Shown: positions 1 through 7,259, counted from the stretch's first letter. The stretch: 64,000 bases of DNA from an uncultured virus (IMG/VR IMGVR_UViG_3300045421_000122) (IMGVR_UViG_3300045421_000122); one strand, 5' to 3'. Numbers and translations: made by a program. The notes: generated by a model from the sequence alone, not told the origin.

Positions 1-6
1 TGGTGG

Positions 7-22
7 TGTGAGATACATCACA
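7..22. promoter_or_regulatory. CRP/GlxR-type palindromic operator 1 (TGTGA-GATACA-TCACA)
   Basis: Perfect TGTGA-N6-TCACA, 40 bp upstream of the -35 at 63. Confidence 0.7.
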
Positions 23-62
23 GATACCATATCTCAAAATGTGAGATTATTAAAAAAATAAC

Positions 63-91
63 TTGCTATTTATTAGGAAAAATGTTAAACT
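63..91 (+). promoter_or_regulatory. sigma-A-type promoter
   Basis: TTGCTA-17bp-TAAACT with extended TG; AAAGGAG RBS downstream. Confidence 0.7.
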
Positions 92-118
92 AAAAATAAT
101 AACAAACAAAGGAGAAAC

Positions 119-289
119 ATGGCAGTAGCAAACTCGCTATACAAAGTAGGAGATACTTACACAACTCAAAAGTCTAAGGAAACAGGTGTTATCAAAGAAA
201 TTGTGCCACAGGCAAATGGTAACGTTCGTGTTAAGTTAGACCAAGGTGGTAAAACACGTTGGACAACTTGGACAGCAAAGTCATTATAG
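119..289 (+). CDS. 56-aa small SH3-like early protein (not in ORF track)
   Basis: AAAGGAG RBS; MAVANSLYKVGDTYTTQKSKETGVIKEIVPQ...WTAKSL*; similar to 894-1064. Confidence 0.8.
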   Translation: MAVANSLYKVGDTYTTQKSKETGVIKEIVPQANGNVRVKLDQGGKTRWTTWTAKSL

Positions 290-300
290 TTTAATGGCCA

Positions 301-329
301 AATCTCCTGAGCATGAGTTAAAACTGCTC
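301..329 (+). ncRNA. Repeated H-type pseudoknot motif, copy 1
   Basis: CTC-CT-GAGCA-T-GAG-TTAAAAC-TGCTC, 11 nt after the stop at 289. Confidence 0.7.
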
Positions 330-331
330 AC

Positions 332-360
332 TTGATTTCTATTCCTAAAAATGTTAGGAT
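332..360 (+). promoter_or_regulatory. sigma-A-type promoter
   Basis: TTGATT-17bp-TAGGAT with extended TG. Confidence 0.65.
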
Positions 361-386
361 AGATAGACCCCAACGAAAGGAAACAA

Positions 387-818
387 ATGGCAAGACATCA
401 AAGTAGAAAAGCAATAAATGTAAAAATTGCTACATCTAAAGTTATCAAAGCCTTAGAAGATAAGTTAGCACAAATCAAAAAAGATTATGCTAATAAAGAA
501 GCAAACGATAAAAAGTTGCAAAAGGCTAAGGAAAAATGGAACAAAGAGGTTGCTGAATTGGCGCTTACTCAAATTTCAAAAGCACAGAATATGAGAGTAA
601 ATCTTAATGGTTTCAGAGGCATGATAAATATAGATTTTGATATACCTAAATATCTTGTTGAATTACCTACTGAACCTGAACAAGAGCATCAAGCAATGAG
701 CCCGTATGAGTATCAAGAAACTACTGAAGAGATTGAGAACGCAATTCGTATTTTCAAGATGACAGATGAGGAAGTAGTTTCTACCTCTACCTACAACTCT
801 ATCGCTAGGTATCTCTAA
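387..818 (+). CDS. hypothetical early protein (coiled-coil N-terminus)
   Basis: 143-aa ORF, GAAAGGA RBS, own promoter. Confidence 0.85.
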   Translation: MARHQSRKAINVKIATSKVIKALEDKLAQIKKDYANKEANDKKLQKAKEKWNKEVAELALTQISKAQNMRVNLNGFRGMINIDFDIPKYLVELPTEPEQEHQAMSPYEYQETTEEIENAIRIFKMTDEEVVSTSTYNSIARYL

Positions 819-832
819 TAGTTTGGGGGTAT

Positions 833-861
833 TTGACTATGCCCCCAAAATTTAGTAAAAT
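833..861 (+). promoter_or_regulatory. sigma-A-type promoter; -35 lies in the loop of a TTTGGGGG/CCCCCAAA hairpin
   Basis: TTGACT-17bp-TAAAAT. Confidence 0.75.
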
Positions 862-893
862 AAATACAAAACTCACAACGAAAGGAAATCATA

Positions 894-1064
894 ATGACAC
901 TAAATGGATATAGGTATGAACTTGGCGACTTGTTCACAACAAGCACCACAGGTATCACAGGTAGAATTGTAAAGTTCTCACCTATCAACTCTAAACTAAC
1001 TAGAGTTCACTTAGCATTAGCAAACGGCTCTCGTCGTCTTGCTATGGTAAGCACAACCAAATAA
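894..1064 (+). CDS. 56-aa small SH3-like early protein (not in ORF track)
   Basis: GAAAGGA RBS; MTLNGYRYELGDLFTTSTTGITGRIVKF...STTK*; similar to 119-289. Confidence 0.8.
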   Translation: MTLNGYRYELGDLFTTSTTGITGRIVKFSPINSKLTRVHLALANGSRRLAMVSTTK

Positions 1065-1097
1065 TTTATCTCTGGTCTCAAACACCCGCCAGAGATA

Positions 1098-1126
1098 ATA
1101 CTCCTGAGCATGAGTATAAACTGCTC
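1098..1126 (+). ncRNA. Repeated H-type pseudoknot motif, copy 2
   Basis: ATACTC-CT-GAGCA-T-GAGTAT-AAAC-TGCTC; preceded by hairpin TTATCTCTGG/CCAGAGATAA. Confidence 0.75.
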
Positions 1127-1151
1127 CACCTCTAAAAACGGGCCGAGGCTT

Positions 1152-1167
1152 TGTGATCTAAATCACA
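1152..1167. promoter_or_regulatory. CRP/GlxR-type operator 2 (TGTGA-TCTAAA-TCACA)
   Basis: Perfect consensus, 31 bp upstream of promoter TTGAAA(1199)-17-TAAGAT(1222). Confidence 0.7.
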
Positions 1168-1248
1168 TCTCATTATTTAAGATAAATTAAGAACAGGCTT
1201 GAAAATGTCAGGGATTAAGTGTAAGATTATATTAACAGAAAGGAAAAA

Positions 1249-1518
1249 ATGATAGCCACCGCCTTTGCAATACAAGACGCCACTAAAGAGGCAGTATTTA
1301 ATAAAAGCACTGTAATGTTAGCAAAAGACCTGTTTGATAGAATGCAGTATATGGATAAAAATCAATTTGCTCAAGCCATATATAATTATTCAGGACATCT
1401 TGCTTCCCTCACAGCCACCTTAGTAACTCATGTCTGCTTGACAGAAACTCAATTAGATGAGATGATAAATACTATTAAAGAAATGGAATCTATGGGAAAG
1501 GATATCAATAATGAGTGA
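1249..1518 (+). CDS. hypothetical protein
   Basis: 89-aa ORF with GAAAGGA RBS. Confidence 0.8.
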   Translation: MIATAFAIQDATKEAVFNKSTVMLAKDLFDRMQYMDKNQFAQAIYNYSGHLASLTATLVTHVCLTETQLDEMINTIKEMESMGKDINNE

Positions 1519-1978
1519 GGAAGTAATAACACAGGAACAGTTGACTGTTCCATACAACCCTAATCTGCTTGTGACCTACAAGGTTATTCCTGGAGGCTAC
1601 GCAACATCTGAAAGTGTCACCTACATGACTAGTAAAGTAGTTGACATTGAGTGGACTTTACATAAAGGCAGGGAAGCACTTAGAGATCAAGTAGCATATG
1701 AAGTAAATAAATCTTGGTTAGAAGATCAGATCGCTGAGTGGTATAACCCCAACTATGATAAAGAAGATGTTCTTGTAGCACTAACAGAGCACTTTAAACT
1801 TAATCCTACTAAAGAAATTGATGTCTATGGAACCGTTACATTCAGTGGAACAATTACAGTTCCAGTCTCTGAACTTGAAGACTTTAATGTAGATAATGTA
1901 AATGTAAACGCAGAAATAAGTTCTTGGGACTATGACGCAGACTTTACTGTTGACGAAGTTACACTAGAAGAGAACTAG
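1511..1978 (+). CDS. hypothetical acidic protein
   Basis: 155-aa ORF overlapping the upstream stop. Confidence 0.8.
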   Translation: MSEEVITQEQLTVPYNPNLLVTYKVIPGGYATSESVTYMTSKVVDIEWTLHKGREALRDQVAYEVNKSWLEDQIAEWYNPNYDKEDVLVALTEHFKLNPTKEIDVYGTVTFSGTITVPVSELEDFNVDNVNVNAEISSWDYDADFTVDEVTLEEN

Positions 1979-2019
1979 GGCAGATCGCTGCAGAAACGTT
2001 TGATAGGGGGCTATCAACC

Positions 2020-2047
2020 ACATCCTGGCCATGATGTAAAACTGGCC
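2020..2047 (+). ncRNA. Repeated H-type pseudoknot motif, copy 3 (covariant)
   Basis: ACATC-CT-GGCCA-T-GATGT-AAAAC-TGGCC; both stems changed but still paired. Confidence 0.75.
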
Positions 2048-2088
2048 ATTCAAAATGCCGAGGTGCCCTAAATGTCCGTTTTGTTCTA

Positions 2089-2104
2089 TGTGTTTAAGAT
2101 CACA
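2089..2104. promoter_or_regulatory. CRP/GlxR-type operator 3 (TGTGT-TTAAGA-TCACA)
   Basis: One mismatch; 11 bp upstream of promoter TTGATT(2116)-17-TAAAAT(2139). Confidence 0.6.
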
Positions 2105-2150
2105 TTAATAATGCCTTGATTTTTTATCTGAAATATTATAAAATTAAATT

Positions 2151-2633
2151 ATGGGAAATCGTTGCTGTAATTGTGAAACTCTTATTCCACCTGCCTCAGA
2201 AGGTTATAAGCATTTTATAAATCATGAGATGTTTTCTGGTGAAACCATTTGGTGTGAAAGATGTAATAAAATATATCCTGGGCCATCTTACAAAAAACGT
2301 AGGTATATAACTTTGACGAGAATCAAACTAATTGCAAAAATAAAATTACAAAGAGGCTGTGAGTGGGAAAGTGGTTGTGAATATACAGAAGGCAAAAAGA
2401 TTTTTGCTCTTATGCTAGATTTAGACCATATTGAACCAAGTCAAAAAACTGCAGAGATATCATTTATGGCTGGCAAATTAACATATACTTGGGAAGATAT
2501 TTTAAATGAAATTGAAAAATGCAGAGTTATTTGTAAAATGCATCACGCCATTGTTCCATCATCTACTAAAAGACTTACCAAAACTGAAAAAGCCGCTCTC
2601 TTGCCAGTTGGCGGTCAATTAATTTCCGCATAA
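2151..2633 (+). CDS. HNH endonuclease with N-terminal Zn-binding motifs
   Basis: LDLDHIEP...EIEKCRVICKMHH HNH-type motif, CxxC pairs; leaderless start 7 nt after the -10. Confidence 0.75.
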   Translation: MGNRCCNCETLIPPASEGYKHFINHEMFSGETIWCERCNKIYPGPSYKKRRYITLTRIKLIAKIKLQRGCEWESGCEYTEGKKIFALMLDLDHIEPSQKTAEISFMAGKLTYTWEDILNEIEKCRVICKMHHAIVPSSTKRLTKTEKAALLPVGGQLISA

Positions 2634-2721
2634 AACATGATTGTTAAAAACCTCGGCCTCTTGTCCAAAATGTCCGTTTTGTTACGATTTACGATCTTTT
2701 ATCTATATTCTCTAATACTGA

Positions 2722-2750
2722 TTGACATTGTCAGCCAAATCTGTTAAAAT
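2722..2750 (+). promoter_or_regulatory. strong sigma-A-type promoter
   Basis: TTGACA-17bp-TAAAAT with extended TG. Confidence 0.8.
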
Positions 2751-2776
2751 AAATTAAAACAACTGAAAGGAAAAAA

Positions 2777-3793
2777 ATGGCACACGAGTTAGAAACTCAA
2801 AACGGCAAAGCCTCATTTGCTTCATTTCGTGAACCTGCATGGCATGGTTTAGGAACTGTCTTTACTGAGGAGAAAAATACAAAAGAAATGTTGGAAGCAG
2901 CAAATCTTAATAATTGGAATGTTCGTTTAGAGGACATGCCAATCCCATCACATTTAACAAGTGATAAAGAATATCAATATGTAATCCGCACTAATCCTAC
3001 TAACAATAATCAAATTGATGTTCTAGGTGTTGTGGGTGAGCGCTATCATGTTCTACAAAACGAAGACTTATTCTCATTTGGTGATAATATCCTAGATGGT
3101 GGTGGTCGTTGGGAAACTGCAGGCTCTCTTAAAGGTGGTCGTCAAGTATTTGGCTCTCTTGCTTTAGAGCGTGAGGTTGTTCTTGACCCTAATGGCGTAT
3201 CAGATAAAGTTAAAACTTATTTGCTTATCAATACTAGCCATGATGGCTCTGTTGCTATTCAAGCAAGTATTACTCCTGTTCGTGTGGTATGTGCTAATAC
3301 TCTTAATGTTGCACTTAATCGCACTAAGAAAAGAGATGGCGTTAAACAATCTTTCAAGATACGCCACACTCAGACCGCTAATGGTAAAGTCCAAATTGCT
3401 CGTCAGACTTTAGGTCTTGCCAATGCTTACATGGACGAGTTTAGTATAATGGCTAACGCTATGATTACTAAGCAAGTATCTGCAAAAGAGTTTAACGATA
3501 TAATTCTTGCTGCATATCCTAAACCTGATAAAGATACTAAGGGTGCTGTTAAAAAATGGGAGAATAAAGTTAATCTAATTAACGATATTTATACAGGAGA
3601 GTTTAACGGCATGATAGCGAATACTGCTTGGGGTGCGTTTAATGCATTAACTGAGCGTTTAGATTGGTATCGTTCTGCTCGTGGTGGAAACAATGAGAGC
3701 ATTCTTGCTTCCGCTTCTGGATTTGACCCTGCTATCAATGCAGAGAAAAATCGTTTGCTAAATGTAGTTCGCAACACCATGCAACTAGTTTAG
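2777..3793 (+). CDS. DUF932 / TIGR03299-family phage/plasmid protein
   Basis: MAHE...PAWHGLG, ETAGSLKGGR, NTSHDGS, TPVRVVCANT, RHT motifs. Confidence 0.85.
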   Translation: MAHELETQNGKASFASFREPAWHGLGTVFTEEKNTKEMLEAANLNNWNVRLEDMPIPSHLTSDKEYQYVIRTNPTNNNQIDVLGVVGERYHVLQNEDLFSFGDNILDGGGRWETAGSLKGGRQVFGSLALEREVVLDPNGVSDKVKTYLLINTSHDGSVAIQASITPVRVVCANTLNVALNRTKKRDGVKQSFKIRHTQTANGKVQIARQTLGLANAYMDEFSIMANAMITKQVSAKEFNDIILAAYPKPDKDTKGAVKKWENKVNLINDIYTGEFNGMIANTAWGAFNALTERLDWYRSARGGNNESILASASGFDPAINAEKNRLLNVVRNTMQLV

Positions 3794-3799
3794 TAAATA

Positions 3800-3827
3800 A
3801 AATCCTGAGCATGATTTAAAACTGCTC
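3800..3827 (+). ncRNA. Repeated H-type pseudoknot motif, copy 4
   Basis: AAATC-CT-GAGCA-T-GATTT-AAAAC-TGCTC between the DUF932 stop and tRNA-Asp. Confidence 0.75.
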
Positions 3828-3830
3828 CCT

Positions 3831-3904
3831 GGTCCCATAGATCAATTGGTTAGATCGTTACCCTGTCACGGTAGAGGTTGCGGGTTCAAGTCCCGCTGGG
3901 ATCG
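3831..3904 (+). tRNA. tRNA-Asp(GUC)
   Basis: Acceptor GGTCCCA/TGGGATC, anticodon arm TTACC-CTGTCAC-GGTAG, T-loop TTCAAGT; CCA not encoded. Confidence 0.92.
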
Positions 3905-4042
3905 CAAGAGGCCGAGTATAACATTTTTGTTATAATTTATTACGATAGCATAAAATTTTTCCCAATTTTCTATTACGTTGTGTTGACTTTTTTCCCATTT
4001 TGTAGGATAATAAATACATGACTACAATTATGAAGGGATTAA

Positions 4043-4207
4043 ATGCTAGGCTATACATATAAAGACATTCAAGGATTTGGTAATAGTTTAACTTGGGCCA
4101 TTGACAATGCCCCTGCTGAACACAAACAAGGTTTGTTAACCATATGGGATTTTTTTGAAGGCGTACTAGCGGAAGGATATGTGGATGACGCTACAGAAAC
4201 TTACTGA
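4043..4207 (+). CDS. 54-aa hypothetical protein (not in ORF track)
   Basis: AAGGGA RBS; MLGYTYKDIQGFG...DATETY*. Confidence 0.65.
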   Translation: MLGYTYKDIQGFGNSLTWAIDNAPAEHKQGLLTIWDFFEGVLAEGYVDDATETY

Positions 4208-4346
4208 ATATATGAAGATACATTTAATTAGTTTAGAACAAGATAGACAGAATACTGATTATCATTTGACTAGTGATCAATGTCTTGAATTAAATGGTGA
4301 AATTCGTGCTACCCGTCATTTATTGGATGTGGCCAATGAAGTATAA
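4185..4346 (+). CDS. 53-aa hypothetical protein (not in ORF track)
   Basis: GAAGGA RBS; MTLQKLTEYMKIHLISLEQD...NEV*; chained overlaps with neighbours. Confidence 0.6.
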   Translation: MTLQKLTEYMKIHLISLEQDRQNTDYHLTSDQCLELNGEIRATRHLLDVANEV

Positions 4347-4452
4347 GGTAGTTATTGAGGTAGTAGGTGGGGTAGCGTATGTTACTGAATGCCCACCTGA
4401 AGTTGATGTTGAGATTAGGGACTATGATCAATTGGAAGATGTAAAGTTATGA
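4336..4452 (+). CDS. 38-aa hypothetical protein (not in ORF track)
   Basis: MKYKVVIEVVGGVAYV...EIRDYD; ATGA coupling with the next gene. Confidence 0.55.
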   Translation: MKYKVVIEVVGGVAYVTECPPEVDVEIRDYDQLEDVKL

Positions 4453-4628
4453 CTGAGATGACTGCTGTGCTTCAAGACTATACGCGGACTAAGTATGATT
4501 ATCTTTGTAATGATTGTGATGCGTTGACTGAGATAACTACCCTTAAAAATTTGGATGACTATAGGGGTTGGTGCTCTTGTGGATCTCCAAACCTTACTCA
4601 AATTAACAAGCAGAACGCTACAGTGTGA
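4449..4628 (+). CDS. 59-aa zinc-ribbon protein (not in ORF track)
   Basis: YDYLCNDC...WCSCGS. Confidence 0.65.
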   Translation: MTEMTAVLQDYTRTKYDYLCNDCDALTEITTLKNLDDYRGWCSCGSPNLTQINKQNATV

Positions 4629-4639
4629 TTAAGATCACA
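4624..4639. promoter_or_regulatory. CRP/GlxR-type operator 4 (TGTGA-TTAAGA-TCACA)
   Basis: Perfect consensus, 10 bp upstream of promoter TTGTAA(4650)-17-TAAAAT(4673). Confidence 0.7.
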
Positions 4640-4706
4640 TTAAGATACCTTGTAAAATTTTGCAGGGTACAGTAAAATTGTATTAAGAAACTAACAAAGG
4701 AGACCC

Positions 4707-5267
4707 ATGCATACCCTGCACTATATAGCAGTTGAAGCAGAAAACAAGCAAAAAGCATTTGATAAGGTTACTACAGCCTTATTAACAGATGACGGATATC
4801 GCCTAGCAAATTGGTCAGATTGGCATGTAGTAGGCGGAGGAAGGTGGAGTAGCAATGCGAAGAAATCAAAAGAACCTGACTTTATGGCAGGTTATAACGA
4901 TGACCCTACTGATGTGTTGGGCTTTTCTGAAGATAAAGAAAAATTCCAGGAAACGCTAACCAATATAGGTAAGTGGCGTTCTCAAGCAGTTAATAGAGCA
5001 ATCAAAGAGATTGACACTGATAAGTTTATTAGTGATTTGGTTGACTATGCTTCAGAGGGGGGTAGGCTAGAATACAATGGTGATACCATAATGAGAGCCT
5101 ATACTATTAAAGAAGCAACACAAATGCTGTTAGGGCATTGGATACCTGATAGTGGGTTTTATGACCTTGAGGAAAATGTTGCTGAACTTAATTATCTTAA
5201 AGAGCGACTTGACAAACCTGAACAATCTGCTCTACAATATCTAGTACCTGTTGATTTTCATTTCTAA
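4707..5267 (+). CDS. hypothetical protein
   Basis: 186 aa, AAAGGAG RBS; DWHVVGGGRWS and C-terminal VPVDFHF. Confidence 0.8.
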   Translation: MHTLHYIAVEAENKQKAFDKVTTALLTDDGYRLANWSDWHVVGGGRWSSNAKKSKEPDFMAGYNDDPTDVLGFSEDKEKFQETLTNIGKWRSQAVNRAIKEIDTDKFISDLVDYASEGGRLEYNGDTIMRAYTIKEATQMLLGHWIPDSGFYDLEENVAELNYLKERLDKPEQSALQYLVPVDFHF

Positions 5268-5280
5268 GAAAGGATAATGC

Positions 5281-5484
5281 GTGGCAACATATGAAGTTAA
5301 AGTTGTAGGGCAAGTTGTAAAAGTTTTTACAATAGATAGCAATAAGTTAATTGATGAAGGTGACTGGGATGAAGGCGATGATACCTTTAATGAAGACAAT
5401 GCTAAAGATATTGCTATTGACAAACTTGTAGATGAATATGAGTTTGACCTAACTGAAGTATTAGAATGTAAGGAGATTTTTTAA
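5281..5484 (+). CDS. acidic hypothetical protein
   Basis: GAAAGGA RBS, GTG start. Confidence 0.7.
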   Translation: MATYEVKVVGQVVKVFTIDSNKLIDEGDWDEGDDTFNEDNAKDIAIDKLVDEYEFDLTEVLECKEIF

Positions 5485-5672
5485 TGGCTATATGGGACAT
5501 AGAAATTATATTTGAACCTACAGGGGATTCCATGAACTTTCAATATGAAACTGCTACCTTAGAGGAAGATGATATCTATAAGGAAGTAGCAAACCAACTA
5601 TCCGTTGTCCCAACCTTAATAGATGAGGATGAGGAAGAGAATAACGTAATACCTTTTAGGAGGATGGAGTAA
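5484..5672 (+). CDS. acidic hypothetical protein
   Basis: AAGGAG RBS, TAATG coupling. Confidence 0.7.
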   Translation: MAIWDIEIIFEPTGDSMNFQYETATLEEDDIYKEVANQLSVVPTLIDEDEEENNVIPFRRME

Positions 5673-6049
5673 TGGGAGCACGATGTAACTTTATATTTAA
5701 ACAAAATGAAAACCAGGCTGTATGTCTATATAGTCACTGGGGTGAGTATACTATGCATGAAGATTTGGCTGCCGCTTTAAAACACGCAGAGCCACGGTAT
5801 GGAGACATAGAGTACTACACACGAATGGTTATAAGTTACCTTATCAAGGATAATATCTTAGATGAGACAGGGTTTGGCATTAGTGCAGTAAATCCAAACA
5901 ATCTAGACTATCTAGATCAACCAATATTAATTGATCTTGTAAATAATACTATTAGTGACAGTACAGGATTTCATTATATTGATGCTTTTATAGATTATCA
6001 TTTAAAGTCTTTGCCCAGCGGATCTATCCTTTCTACCGCAGGGGCATAA
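5672..6049 (+). CDS. hypothetical phage protein (LYxHWG motif)
   Basis: 125 aa, TAATG coupling. Confidence 0.75.
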   Translation: MGARCNFIFKQNENQAVCLYSHWGEYTMHEDLAAALKHAEPRYGDIEYYTRMVISYLIKDNILDETGFGISAVNPNNLDYLDQPILIDLVNNTISDSTGFHYIDAFIDYHLKSLPSGSILSTAGA

Positions 6050-6080
6050 TAACGAAGGAGTGGGGTCACCTTCGTATAAT

Positions 6081-6128
6081 GAGAGGGCACAGGGTTTCTT
6101 GCCTCCCTTGTGCCTTCTCTTATCTTTT
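6081..6128 (+). terminator. probable intrinsic terminator
   Basis: GAGAGGGCACAGGG...CCCTTGTGCCTTCTC hairpin followed by TTATCTTTT; a second hairpin at about 6052-6075. Confidence 0.55.
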
Positions 6129-6150
6129 GGTATAATCATTTAGGAGAACT

Positions 6151-6387
6151 ATGTATAGAATAAATCGTAGTAAGATAAAAACTAAAGAGGAGAAGGTAGC
6201 AGACAAAATTATTACTCTGTTATCTGACCTTACTCTTGACTTAGAAAAAATAGGTTTTTATCTTGCCAGAACTGCTCCTTACATTATTTTTTGTCGCTCT
6301 ATTGAAGTATTAGATAGTGCAAAGTTTCAGAAACCAATAATTGACGAAAATAGAAGCGGTATATATGACGACAGATTTTATCAATAA
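6151..6387 (+). CDS. hypothetical protein
   Basis: TGGTATAAT promoter and AGGAG RBS upstream. Confidence 0.75.
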   Translation: MYRINRSKIKTKEEKVADKIITLLSDLTLDLEKIGFYLARTAPYIIFCRSIEVLDSAKFQKPIIDENRSGIYDDRFYQ

Positions 6388-6637
6388 AACTTCAATCCTG
6401 TCAGAACTATGGACCAATTATCGTGATGATGATGCGTTAGAAGATTTTATAGATTATAACGATATAGGTTTGCCGCTTGCCTATCTTGTTAATAATAAAA
6501 TTGTTTTGTCAACCTTAGAGGCAGAGTCATATATCAACGAAACATTTGATTTATTATTGAATGCTTTGTGGGTTGATGATATAGGGTTTGAAAATCTAGA
6601 TGAAATCTTATCATTTAGTTCAACCCGTCAATATTAA
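6365..6637 (+). CDS. hypothetical protein (start revised to ATG 6365)
   Basis: MTTDFINK...DFIDYNDIGLPLAY. Confidence 0.7.
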   Translation: MTTDFINKTSILSELWTNYRDDDALEDFIDYNDIGLPLAYLVNNKIVLSTLEAESYINETFDLLLNALWVDDIGFENLDEILSFSSTRQY

Positions 6638-6649
6638 AAATAAACACTC

Positions 6650-7180
6650 GGATCAAACCACAAACCTTCAAACCTTTATTACGAAAAACCTATTACGATC
6701 CCAAACCAAAAAATCCCAGAAACTTTCCAAACCTTTGTATCCCAAACCTTTGTATCTAGAATCCTATATGTCTTATAGTGATGATGTGTTGTATATTTTT
6801 TTATCCCCGTCGATTTTTGAAAAAGACATTACGAACGGTCAAACCGTAGCCCCCGCTGAAAGTTGCGGGCCTGTTTCCTAGTATAATTAGACATTACGAA
6901 GCGGGAATTTAAAATCACAAATATTTAAAACTTTTACCATAATTATCAAACCTTTTTAAACTTTTTGCTACTATTTTGGAAGATTTTATAACTTTTTTGT
7001 TATTTTTTTATAGGGGTTTTTAGGATATAAAGGTTTGACAAACCAAGGTTTGGGAGATATAATGCACACTCAGATACAGGATAGAAGGTTTGGGGAGAGA
7101 AGGTTTGGCCGCCAGAGATTACGAAGCCCCCTAAAAAAATCGCTCAATACTCCACTTTCCTCCACTTTCCTCCATTAAGT
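6650..7180. repeat. Repeat-rich non-coding locus, putative origin or regulatory hub
   Basis: CAAACC(TT) repeats on the left, inverted AAGGTTTG repeats on the right, 5x ATTACGA, tandem CCAAACCTTTGTATC x2 (6727-6756), CTCCACTTTC x2.5 (7150-7174), AT-rich core. Confidence 0.65.
7035..7063 (+). promoter_or_regulatory. perfect-consensus promoter with no adjacent ORF
   Basis: TTGACA-17bp-TATAAT. Confidence 0.8.
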
Positions 7181-7259
7181 CCATAACATTTTTTTATTAG
7201 TAAGATTTATTTTGTCTATGTTCCTTGACTTTATGACTAAATTTTGGTATGATTAAGTA

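Noticed and set aside
301..3827. Pseudoknots as frameshift or readthrough stimulators
   Set aside because: Distances from the stop codons vary (6-41 nt), I see no consistent slippery heptamer, and a tRNA or promoter follows rather than a continuing frame.
3831..3904. tRNA as a prophage attachment site
   Set aside because: No integrase, no duplicated tRNA 3' end and no host-like flank; phage-type genes lie on both sides.
4018..4062. 14-codon leaderless ORF (MTTIMKGLNARLYI) after the promoter at 3983-4011
   Set aside because: Too short to support, and the -10 is ambiguous. It may simply be the leader carrying the RBS for 4043.
6600..6881. 93-aa ORF from the track
   Set aside because: It runs through the repeat array, has no RBS, and its sequence mirrors the DNA repeats (KPLYPKPLY). 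Probably non-coding.
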